Source of the DNA: Diadema antillarum
Lineage: Eukaryota
Direction: 5' to 3'
Length of the DNA stretch: 64,000 nt
Assembly (NCBI RefSeq): GCF_040938485.1
Contig: NW_027272210.1
Coordinates: 372,001 to 436,000 of the forward strand
Positions 48,541-61,300 of the stretch are shown one piece after another; position 1 is the first letter of the stretch; each line of letters starts with the position of its first letter. The position numbers and the translations under genes were made by a program. The notes beneath the pieces were generated by a model. It was not told the DNA's origin, made no database searches, and saw only the letters and a list, made by a program, of their open reading frames with translations.

Positions 48541-48632
48541 TTATGCATGCCCAGGATTTCTTTTGTCATGGTTACTAGTAAAATACTGATCAATTCAGTG
48601 CTTATTTCCGTCGATGCAGGGCAATTTGTGTG

Positions 48633-48846
48633 TACTGTATAAGTTGTTATTTTTGCGAATTTTGTGTGTCACTGTTAGACTGCGAATATAATAACAACAT
48701 ATGAAAATATCACCATGCACTAGTTAACAGTGCACTTCTGATAGCCTCTGTGTCCATTCACAAAAACAACAACTCGCGAAAATGTCCGTGACCTCCCCAT
48801 TCGCAAAAATATCTGTATGCAAAAATTACAGCTTATAAATACAGTA
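48633..48846. mobile_element. Degenerate MITE with TACTGTA...TACAGTA ends
   Basis: Left TACTGTATAAGTTGTTATTTTTGCG; the right end in reverse complement is TACTGTATTTATAAGCTGTAATTTTTGC. Confidence 0.55.
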
Positions 48847-50096
48847 ATTTTGTCTAATTTACCTTTTCCAATGTAAAAGTGCGCTTGTTTTTTGTTAAAC
48901 TTGTAAAAAGATGTATCAACCAAATGCTTAGCTCACTTGATGTTGGCTTTTGCTGACCCAGTCGAGTGACCTTATAATGCATGATAATACAGTCCATTGC
49001 ATACTCTATTCACATCTCATGTTCAATTGATTGTTTGCATTGTTTGATGGCACATGCTATATTGACTGTGGAAAGGGGATATATGTTCTGTTAGACTGCA
49101 TGTACTGTGGCAAAAAAAAACAACCTAACTTTGGGGCATTGTCAATTCTCAGCGAATCATTGCAGGAGGTACTAACTGAATAATCACTCGCTCCATTGAA
49201 GAATGTACAAGCTTTATGCCATTTTTCAATTCCATAGAAATTCGAATTATTTTTTACTACCCTTGGGGAAAAATCAAAATAAGAAACAATGACACACCTA
49301 TAGTGTGAATTGAGGTACAAAATATATGTATGCTACTGGCCCAACACTACTGTGTCTTTACAGAATGAAGGTCTGCTGACAACCAGTTACTTTACTTCCT
49401 ACTTATCAGTTATAAATTGACAGCAGTTACTTCCTTTTCTTCACTGTGTGAGATCCATCAACAAAACACTTTAATAAACTCTTGTCTCTGATCTTTGAAC
49501 ATCAAGCTTCTTTCCCTTTAGTGGCTCTGGCACAATTTTCATTTTCACATGGAGAGCAACTAAAATGTCAATAGCGCCCTCTTCATGTATGTGGCAGAAA
49601 GTCTGTTACAGAAGGTCATACTTTGTTTTGTGTATCATCTGCCTCTAAGTATGCCTGCTATTTTTTTTTTTTAACTAGAGTTATTCCACATAATGACTGT
49701 TTGGTAAGATTGATTATCGGCTGTTCGGAGTTCCTTCATACCACTGGTAGATGACAGACCAACCGGCTAGATTTTGTCAAGATCTGAAGTTTGTTTTGAT
49801 GTGCATAGTACAACGTTGATCTCCATACTGTTTCATGTCACTTGTCCTATGCATAGCTCTAAAATTTGATTTCACAGATTTTGATCAAATGACAGTCTTA
49901 CGATATAATCCTAAATCTAAGTTATTGCCGAGATACATGTAGGTTTACCAAGTATCCTTATGACTGGCATGTAAAAGGCGTCCTTTAGATTGCCCAAATA
50001 AGCCACTGATTGCAGAATTATTAATTTGATAAGATACAAGATATTTTAATAGAAAACACACAGTCTTCTATACATTAGATTCCTTGTATCATTATA

Positions 50097-50611
50097 CAAA
50101 TGACGCACAGGTCTGAGTGCGTCAGTCGGAATTGTGTGCATAAGGTAACTATGGAATGCTTAACCCACGAGGCGAAGCCGAGTGGGTTTAGGCTAAATTC
50201 CATAGTTACCGCATGCACACTATATTCCGACTGACGCACGAAAAGACATGTGCGTCATTTGATTTATAGAATGGGTAATTTTCTTGTCAAAAACCCAGTT
50301 TTCTATCGTGTTACCCGATGACAAAATTACTGGATGCATTTCCTTTTGGCATTCCGTAAAGGGCATGCATACCCGTACTTACCGTTTTTACTGGATGCAT
50401 GGCCAGCCATGCATAAGTTTTTACTGGATGCATGGCCAAGCTGAGTGCGCGAACGCTTGCTTTAGTGCGCGAACCTTTGTTACAAGTACGCGTACTCTTG
50501 CTAAGTGCGCAATAACATGTTTACCACTGTGACTCAGCGTGCGGCCAGTAAAAATGAACACATAGCTCTCGACCAATCAGATCGCAGGATTCTCGCTACC
50601 CATTCTATAAA
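50097..50611. mobile_element. Palindromic hairpin element (50097-50261) followed by an inverted-repeat-bounded segment (TTTATAGAATGGGTA ... TACCCATTCTATAAA)
   Basis: Imperfect inverted repeat with arms of about 75 bp centred on GAGGCGAAGCCGA. A 15-bp inverted pair lies at about 50263 and 50597-50611, with an internal tandem of about 33 bp (TTTTACTGGATGCATGGCCA x2). Confidence 0.6.
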
Positions 50612-51013
50612 CTCTTTTGATGTAGAATCTATATTATGCTTCTCTCTTCTTCTTGCCATAATAATTGGTTCACTTGATGGTATGAATCTTTCACAACCAA
50701 TTTTGGGTTGACCAGAAAAACATCCTACAAGCAGGGAAATTTGTTTTATTGGGATGGATTGACATGTATGTACATAATATAGGGAGTAGTTAGAAGTGGC
50801 AGTCATACAGACAATACCTTCTCTCTTTTACTTTAATTGATTAGAAGTACCATATTGTAAATTCAGTGCCTTAGCATGGTCTGCAGCCATTGGAGGACTA
50901 AATAAGACCAGTTAGACACCTTTTTATTAGTCCACTAATGGAAAGCATGAGGCAAAGGAATGATTATATATATGTTCTATAAATTTATACTGTATACTGT
51001 ATTTATACTATAC

Positions 51014-51269
51014 CTCGGAACGTAGGGGTTGTACAGTCGCAATATTCTGTCCATCCCTCCTGTGGCTATGAGATTCTTCTCCTTGCAGAAGTCAAACGTC
51101 TTGACACCCTTGTGGATCTTGAAGACAGTCTCGTCGTTTTCGAGCCGTTTCCGGGCGTGGCTGTAGTGCATTTGGCTGAGCTTGGCACGCCGGTCGGCCG
51201 TGGTGGGGCGAGGTGCATGTTCCTTTCCACACAGCTGAGACTCCACGTGGGTGCTTCCAATGGTACAAC
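51014..51269 (-). CDS. EF-hand/WD40 gene, last exon visible in window (CTIGSTHVES...GGMDRILRLYNPYVP)
   Basis: Acceptor gtgcaag|, 256 bp, ending CCG AG|GTATAG. This is an open phase-2 donor with no stop codon. Confidence 0.9.
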
Positions 51270-52266
51270 CTTGCACATGAGGGAGGAACACTATGTTATG
51301 AACTATAACCAGCATTGACATGCGACAATGCACATACATATGTTTGTTTGTTTGTTTGTTTGTTTGTATGTTGTCGTTTTTGGATAGGTTTTTCTTCTCC
51401 ATGCTTCGCATACATGTAAAATTTGCAAAAATTATTTGTATATCAGTTATGTAATGATAACTGTCTGATGTATCTTCCTATGACATATGCTTGCTAAATC
51501 AAAGTATTGCACACTGAATGTAGCTAAGAGAATTTCATTTTATGTGCCTACTATGAGGTGATTGTTCAATAAGCAAATACTAGTGACTATCAAGCATGCA
51601 AATATATAGTAAACAAATCTCTTACCTACACAGCTTGCTCTCTGAATGTTTCTTGTAATTCATATGTTTTGTGAGAGTGACAAGTGTTCGGAGATTCTTT
51701 TCTCAATTATGGTGCTTCAGAGATATATTTCACATGAGTTCATCTAATGGATGTGGTTTGAATTTATTCAGTCTGGCACAGGTCCAAAGACCCACAAAGT
51801 AATAAAGGAAAGCAAAGATAAAAATCCTTCTGATCAAACAATTTACATGCATATATCCTACCAAAAATCTCAGCAATACCATAATCCTTTCATGTAAAGC
51901 CATATAAGCAAGACTGTGTTTGCTCCTGTATGCATGCTGAATCAGTGTGAGTGTTTGTATACATGCTCATGTGTGTACTAGCATAAGTGAGTACAGCCAC
52001 TCTAACAGATACAACATCAGAATTATATTTGGGAATGGTGATGGGGAAAATACAGTAAAAACAGTCAAATTACAACAGATGGTATATCCATGATAACTGA
52101 ATACCGGTAGATAACAGCAGAGGGAAGAGTATCATGTAATGAGGTTGGAGTTCATGACCAACATACTAATAACCACTTAACTGCAATTACACAACGAATG
52201 TCCAATGTTGATCATGATCCACCTTCAGACTCATTATCATGTCAAAATACACTTTGCATCAGCAAG

Positions 52267-52306
<40 letters not shown>

Positions 52307-55300
52307 AACAGAGGTTTGTCAGTAACACTTACCAATGACCAGCGCAGTGCTCTCATGGTTGGAGCACGAGATGATAGAGCGGATGTCATCATAGTACTTG
52401 AGGTCACCGACCCAGTCTTCGTGGACCTTCCAGCGCACAAACTGTGTCAGGGGCGAGTGGGCGACCTTCTCCAGGGTGACACTGGCGATGCCATCAGTCT
52501 TGGGCATTTTCTTCCAGGTTCTGATACGCAAGAGATAGAGGAAGCACAACATGAATTGCATGGCCCTGCTATATATCAATTGACCACTTTAGCATTCAAA
52601 AATTATGAGCCATTCTGTGATAATTTCATTCTGAAAAATAAAAATCAATTAATGCAATTGGAATGCATGCAAGAAGGCAAGAAGAATGCCATTCTCATAA
52701 AAATCATGTTCTTTGCATTGTAAAGATGGTGCTCTCCTGTCTGATAGAAAAGAAATGCCTCCATCAGTCTGATGTGCACGTCGTGTACATGTCCACTCCT
52801 TCGTGTGTATGTGTAGTACCCCTTGAAGTGTTTGCACGTGTGTGCGTGTGCATGTCCACTCCTGCATGTGTATGTGTAGTTCCCCTGTCTGTATTTCTGG
52901 TTTGCAGTACAACATACTTTGCAGAAACATATTCATTGTACCTTACATAATATGAGCATCTTACAATACATTGAACAAATGCACTTCTAATAGAAACAGG
53001 AAATCCCTGCCAACCGCAGCTCCTGTACATGAATAAAAATGTAATCTTGTGGCACTCCCTATCTCTGCATCTAATTCTTTGAACATATAACTTCATAAAC
53101 CTTCATCTACCTCCCCCCCCCCCTGCCTGCGACAATGTCACCATATACAGCCATACCTTAGTGTTTCTCCAACTCCATTGATGATGATGATGTTGATACA
53201 GCCATCACTATCACCATACATCAGAAAGCACTCATCAAAACCAGTAGCACTGCCAAATGAATGCAACACAGTGTATAGGGGAAAAACATATTCATAGTTG
53301 GCACAATTAAATGATTTACTTTATACCATGAATAAGACATACCTAAAAACTCACACTCTATACAATTGCTCCTTCATTCTATAATGGTCAGAATGATGTG
53401 ACAGAGTAGTCTATTGTAACATTAAATATTAACAAAACATGCAAAAATACCAGTGTGACAAAATGACCATTATACAAGAATGAGAAAATAATTTGTTGCA
53501 AAACTGAATTTCCTGGGAAAAGGAGTCACTCACATGGTCTATGTCCCTTAAATTGGGTGAAAATATTCTAAGACACTAAATGGAAGCAGAGAACGAGTCA
53601 CTTAAATCATTTTATCCTTTGCAGCACTCTAAGATAAAGCAACTTGCCATTTGATGAGTACTGAAATAACTGCAAATAACATTTGAGCTAAAGAACATAA
53701 AACGAAGATTTCAAAAGACAAGCAGCTGGTGAGATCATTCAAGTATAAAAACTGATTATCAGATTCATTATGCTTTTCATCACATCTTCAAAATAACTTT
53801 CTTACTACAAGTACTTTAAGACGCAATTGACCAAATCAGATCAAAAGAAATCAAACATGTGAATCATTGACAAATTTGCTCTTGACCAATCAGATGCAAG
53901 GATATCAGTAGCTTTAAAAAGTTTTTAAAAAATATCTGACAAAACATTGAATGAAACTGATGAAATGCCAACATTTAGATGTCATAATCAGAGAGGTCCC
54001 AAAGAGCTGTCAGGGTGATACTATTGTGATACATGTATTTGAACAGACAAAACTGAGTCCTGAAACAGGAAGACTTTTTTTTTACATTTTTGTCTCCTAC
54101 AAAATCGAACATATTTAGCAAATCTGCAATATCAGGCAAAGTAATTTGTACAAAACCTCACCAGTAAGTCAGTTTCAGGGGTGTAGTCTCCAGACCAGTC
54201 ACTTGGCAGTAGGGCTCGAATGTTGATAATTCATAGAATTGAATTTCCCGGTCTCTGCACGGCAAGAGAATTATGCACAACACAAACAGCTTTTGGTTAT
54301 GATGAAAGGAACAATGGAAAAAATTATGTGATGCACAAACTTATGTAATGCTGGAGGCACAGTGATAAACTATATACCCATAAACACAGTTCTTATAAAA
54401 TCATACCAGAGGCATTGACAAGAGTTTGAATCTTTGCAAAAGCAAGACTGAATGAATATGCCTTCAGGTAGAGCTTGAAAGACTGCACCTTTTAAATATT
54501 TCAAATTTGTCTGAAAATAAAAGTGCTCATTAAATAAAAGCTTGGTCAAAAAGACAATGTACCTTTTAATGACACTTTCTAAGTGATTTGATAATTTCCT
54601 TACGGTTCCATGGCATTTGGAACAATTGCTCCTATGAAATATCTGCATGCTAAGCCAATCATAAATTCTACCCAAAAACATAACCTTAACCCTAATCCTA
54701 GTCCTCATATTAAAGTAAACCTTAAACCCCATTACAACCCTAATCATAACCCTAAGTCCTTAAAGAAAAAAGACCGGAGCAATTGTCACAGGAGCAAATG
54801 TTGCGTTGCCTTTCCTTACATGCGAATCAAGGGATGAAAAAAAAAAGAAAATGTTCCTAAAAACATGCTGAATAATTGGTTTCTACTCATCCAACTGAAT
54901 AAAACACATATTACGAGAGTCAAGAGAGCAGAACAAATGATACTCAAAAGAAGCAGTTTTACTCACCCGGTGCCTAAAATGATTTTGTTGAATTGAGTCA
55001 TCATCACAAAATCTGTCACCCACTTTGGTTTCTGCCTTGTTGTGTTTTGATCAACCTAAAATACATGATGATTCCAAGAAAAATCAAAGACAGATGAAAT
55101 GGTTTACTGACATTCGTAACTGCAGCTACTGTTAAAAAAAACCAACAACGACAACAAACAAAACAAAACAAACAAAAACAACTGTAGATATTTATATGTC
55201 AGTGTTATATGTCTGCACCACTAAACTCATCAGGACAACATTTTTAGAATTACAAAACATATTGCATTGGCTATTTAAACTACCTGGTACACTAAACATG

Positions 55301-58300
55301 GATGTATGTTTGTGTAAATTGCACAAAATTGGATTCCATGTACATGCAGACAGTGTAAAAGTGGACATTTTCCCATCATGGGAGCTCATGAGCATTCTGC
55401 ACAATATGAAACCAGTGCAAAAATGAGGACAGGTAAATTTATAATGTACACCAGTTACCTTTTACCAAATCACATGCTGCCAAAGCTCTAAACCACTGTG
55501 GCAGCCATGATCTGTTTGAAGCGATCACTCATTTGTTGTGACTGCCCACGAAATCATAAGCATGCAAAATCCATCTTACCTGGCTGAGAGGTAAAAAATT
55601 AACTGCCTGAAATTTTCTGCTTTTACAGTACTCATTAGAAAGTAAGAATAGGAGGATTGCTTTCATCAGTCTGAGTGCATTTGTGAATATGTTCATTCAT
55701 TGCACAAACTGTAGCAGCACTTATCCTGGTCATATCATTATCACGGTATTACAATCAAATGGCCACTGCCTTTACCAGACACATGTCCCCATGCATCCAA
55801 TGAGAACTAGTGAGTGAGTTTTTGAGGCTGTTATAATGGTCATGCTACTCAACTGGCTGCAATGACAGATTTGATTTTATCTGCTTTCAGGAAGAACCTT
55901 CTGTCATACGAAAGCATGTGATACGCACAGGTGTAATATCTCATCAGTCATAATGACATTCGGTTTCTTACCATGACAGACTTCCATCTTTTCAGTTCCA
56001 TGTTGCCACTCCAAAAGGCTATTGTGCCATCCTGTAGAAATGATTTGATGGAACAATAAAGCAACAAAATATACATACGATATAAAAAAGAATTAGCGAT
56101 ATACAAGATATCATTATCATAAAATTACAAAATGGGACACAAAACAGACAAATACACAGTAAGAGAATTCCTCGTCTAGGATTCCTTGGATGCTACTAAT
56201 AATGGTATGCCACAGGTATGACTGGATAGTTGGACCACAAAGAGTGATGAAACAGAATAAATCAAAGATGTGCAATGACGGGGACTGCATCTATAATACA
56301 TAAATGGGGCATCTTAAGACTTACAAATCATGGAATATTAAATAACCTATTCAAAAGGAATCATAACCAATCAAACACCTCTGTATGCTGATTGCCTTGC
56401 CGTGCAAGTCAAACAATCAGCTCACCTGGCTAGTAGTGACACACGTGCCGTCGCTCATGTTTGTGACACGCAGCACGGCCTCACGGTGGGGGGAGTTGAG
56501 GATGAGCGCTGGGGTGTGCAAGTCCACCTCCTTCTTGCGTAGGTAGGCCTCCTCCTTCTCCTCATACTCAAGCTGCATGTAGGTACAGAACTCATCCTGA
56601 AATAGAAGGATTTGCAGCAGGCAGGAATGAGGGGAGTAAAAAACAGGTCAACAGATGAATGAATGGCTAGACCCACTGAAAACTGTGATTTATAAAAGGT
56701 TAAAATAAATGATGGTACAGATTTGTAAAGAGACATCATTGATGATAAGTACTGTCTTTGCTGTGAATTGATTTCCGAAGTCATAGGATTACAAACCTGT
56801 CATTTACAAATAGTGTGTTTTAATGATTGCAATACAAGTGAAAATACATTCTCACTGCAGATTTTGAGATTGAAAAAAGACAACTAAGAAAGCAACCTCA
56901 TACAGAAATACTGAAGAGCAGTTCTTTGTTGTTCAGTGAAATCTAACAAGTTATTACTCTAACACCTTTATATTTTCCTTTATTTCTAATTTCTGTCCAT
57001 ATACAGTGTCTTTCATATATCTAGTCTGTTTGAATTCCTATGATAAATCATCAAATAAAATCATCCCTCTACAGAGGTATGTTCTGTCGTCTCTCACAGT
57101 AAATTATTTTTACTGAAGCTTCCCGTACCAGATCGTCCCCACATCATGGGTTTACATTGTACAAATGTAGGTATTCATTTGCAGGGTCCAGTTCCATCTG
57201 CTAATCAACCATGCAGTGGTCACTGTAATGATTTTTGCCATCAGCATGGCTAACAGCTGCGTCTGAAGGTTGACAGAGTCAATCAACTTTGCCCGAGGAA
57301 TGATGTCAGAACGTGATCTGAGTACTAAAGCATCTTGTCCAATATCCGTCATTTGCTCTACTGAATTTCTATGGGCTTGAAGGATAACTTGTTGTTTATT
57401 ATCTAGAAGAAAAAAAGACTGATTGTGAATTACTTTACAAAAATCAAGGTAAGAGGTCAAAGATGATTGGGAAGGAATTGTATCGCAAACTTATGATGGT
57501 TATGATGGTTTGATAGTTGGTCATCACACACGACATCAACAAAGGTGCCTTCAAATAGAACTTTTGGAAACAGCATGTTAATTTGGCTTATTCCTTCACT
57601 TAAATCCTTCAAGGGCATACACTGTATTCTCCCTTTAATTCACTGCATTTGAGCAATGCTAAATTGTATGCAGGCTCCTTGTGGGGGCACATTCTCCTTT
57701 AAACAATTTTACACCAGATTCTTGTCTGTAATGGGCTGATTCACCTGTACATACCACCATGGGCAATATGTCCAAGTATGTGTACTTTTAATAGTATGTT
57801 CGCCACTCACCCAATCTATTGATCCCTCTGAATTGAAGTCAATCTTCATAAACAGATTCGTGATTTCCTCATCGTCCTGAAAGAGGTAGTTGTAAAGTCG
57901 GAAATTATACAAAGAAGAAATGAGGGTTGTTTTCATTTTTCTTTTGATCAATGAGGGAAAAAAACACAAGAGGAAAATTGTATGATCAACCAGAAAAAAA
58001 AACAAACAAGCAAAGATTCCAACGTCAAGAAAACTACTGGCCTTCATGTGTGTAAATTGCATTGCTTTCAATCATAAGTACCCTATTAGATACAGACCTA
58101 CAGTAATATTAAGATGAGAGAGAAAAGGAAAGACACAGAGAGAGACAGAGAGAGAAACATGAATGAGTTGCAGAAGGATTCAAGTTGCCAAATATATAGG
58201 GCAGAACATGCTGAGAGGAAAAACATTTTTTTTTTTTAAGCACTTGCTTGATACCCGGCATCCTCGCCCCATTGTTACATTCTGTATTGCATGGCTATAA

Positions 58301-61300
58301 AGTGAAAATGTGTTGAAAGGAACAACTCTGTCCAGAATGCATGGCATAGTTCTGATAATTTTGTTGTGTTTTTTTTTTTCACAATAATTTTGAAGAATGA
58401 CAACACATTGTATTCAGCATGTTTAATGATGTGTGCAAGTGATGCTTTTTTCAGAGAATGATTTAAAAATCCACATTTTATGATTTATAGAAGATTGATT
58501 TTTTAAATGCTGACATCGCAACAAAATAGTCATTCTATCTACCTAGTTTAACTTCCTTGTATTCCTATTGTTGCATTGTCCATTAATTATGAAATGCCCC
58601 CTAATCTTAGGATTAAATGAATAGACTGAAATAACATGATTATACAAGTTCACTACAATTTAGAGATAAGAATAGTAAGTGACCAAATATATATGTCTTA
58701 ATCAATATCACATTTAACACTGGCATATGTCACAAGCACATAAGCAATGATGTTGCCTCTCATATTTCCACTGGCCTGTATACATCAAACTAATCTAACC
58801 CCCCCCCCCCCCAAAAAAAAAAAAAAGTTTTGGTTGATAATTTAGCAAGTGCGCATCCACCCTCCACTTAAAAGTCATCATAGCTAAGTTAGAATCTGTG
58901 TGCCATAATTTCATTGGAAGGACATGATCTTTTCATTTTTATTATTTTTCATTTTGGATATAAATCTAACCAAGATCAGTTGCCACGTTTCCAAATGAGG
59001 ACTTCAAGGGACTTCCTTTATTCTACAGTGAATTTTATTGAAACTTTCATCACTCTGCTTGTCTGATTCGACTCAACGTCATTGACTGAATGTACTCAGC
59101 CTTATAAAGAGACTTGCAACTACTGCTTCATGTTATTGTACATGACCAGACTGAAATGTTGCTCAACAGGTCAACTTTTTATTTTCTTTTACTCTTTTTC
59201 CCTCTGAGTATAGCAGTCTATTTTTTAAAATGTACTACATAGGTCATGGGTGAAACTGAATATGGAAATACATGTACATGGAGATTAATTTGCCTTTTAT
59301 CTTAATAGCAAAATGCATGCAGTAGAATATTCTCAGCAATTCAAGCTATGGCAAAGTTACTGTCATAAGGCAAGAGTGGTTACATTAAAATTCTGTCATA
59401 TCAAACTCTCATTCAGACATTTGAATTTCCCTCTAACACAAAAAAAAAAAACCTCTGAAAATTCATTCAGATGTTTCTTTGACAGCATAGTAATTAAAGT
59501 ACCATTATAGCTAGTATTAATACTGCCTGTCGTTTATACTTGAGAGCATCATTCACCATCATTCACTGTAATGAGGAGATATCATCAGTCAATATCGACC
59601 AGGATGACAGCAGGAGATCATGGTCAAGTTTGACACTTTGCATTCATTGTGACAAGGGGGCTATATAGGAAACCACCTGCTGCATGTGCACGTAATCACA
59701 GGCACTTCCTGCTACATCGCCTTACAGACAGCTTTAGAATGCGAGATCAATAATGCATGCCACACGTGCGATGCATGTCAATAAAACAGGCCGTTTGAAG
59801 GAACCACCAGTCTTTGTCAGTTGCCTTGCCAACGAGATTGATGCCACCAATATGAAATGTAATGCTCGCTGATCAACTGCCCGCAGGCTGCAGCCCACAC
59901 ACAGGTCCCACCAATTGTACCACGCTGAATAAGCATACATAATGCATGCAATAAATGATGTTTTAAGTGCACACAGCTAGACTAGTAATTCTGTCTCAGC
60001 CTTCACTCTTATACTCTTTCCTTTGCTATTGATACAGATATAATGCAAAGATATCATGTCTAACTCTAAACTTGTTTAAACAAATAAGAAACTACTGTGT
60101 GAAAATGACAGAGCAAGAAATATCTGTAAAATTAGAACATTCATCCTCTCAAATATTGATACAATTCTGTCTCTTAAATCTTTCCTAAATGTACACCAAT
60201 TTTTTCACTCATTAAGATAGTTTCATAAGTGAATTTTTAATGAGTGATTCTTTCTTTTTATCTTATTTCCTGTTTTATCAATTCATACATATAATAGTAG
60301 CTTTCCTTTCTTTTTGGTTTATCTAGTGATATGCCATCCTTACTTACTCTATTTGTTAGTAGGTTTTTTTTCTGTTTCATTGTCACTGATTGTAAAAGGA
60401 TTTTGATATGTACAGAGACTCCAACCCCAAGCACCTTCTGATCTGGAGATTCTCCCGCCCGAAACCCCTAGCAAACGGGAGACTCCAAGTTGATGTGTGC
60501 GAAGCAATAAGTTCCTAGGGTTCTAGATGTTCTCTGGTGCTAACTATCTATAAGGCTTATTTTTTCAACATACGATAGCAATAAGTAAGAAATCCCTTCC
60601 ACCAGGAGACACAGAGCCAGGGCGGGAGAAATCAAATCTCCAGCGGGAGAACGGGAGATTTTGCAAAAATGGGTTTTCGGCGGGAGATCTCCCGTCGAAA
60701 ACGGGAGAGTTGGAGTCTCTGTATGTATTATTGCTTGGATTGGACTCCTCTGAAAACAGCTTATGGCTGAAAAGGGCTATCTGCCACATAAATTTGATGA
60801 ATTCATAAATCAAATCATAGCAAACATTATTGAATTCCAAGAGAGATCTGTGGGTCTTCACTTTATAAAGCCCTCAACATTCATTCTATTTTTACCTACA
60901 ATTGTATTGTGCTGATACCCACCTTTCCTCGAAGACTTAATGATTCTCTGAGCACCGTTTTGAATTCTTCTAAAGACAAAGTTCCATTATTATCCACGTC
61001 AGCATCCTTTAGAGAGAGAGAAAAAAAGAAAAAATGCATTAAACTCCTCACTCACAAAGCAATCTTTTTCATGTATTTTAAGTATTCTCACATATATCAA
61101 TATTTTGAATCAATTGGAGTGACATATAGTAGGTCTAGTTTTCTGATCATTAACTCTTTCTCTTTCTTGTCATAAAATCAGAAACTCCAGAGTAAATGTG
61201 GATACCTGTACTGCCTGGAGTTTGTCAAAAGTGATTGGCAGTAAAATATGTACCTGTAACACTGCAAAATATGGCATTTCACAAATCTTTGGATTTCTCC

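Noticed and set aside
50534-50806. ORF or exon candidate as the next exon of the WD40 gene
   Set aside because: In the required phase it reads RMFFWSTQNWL* with no WD40 similarity, and it overlaps a repeat terminus.
54690-54760. Interstitial telomere
   Set aside because: The TAACCC-like units are few and degenerate, and are enclosed by the inverted termini of a small MITE.
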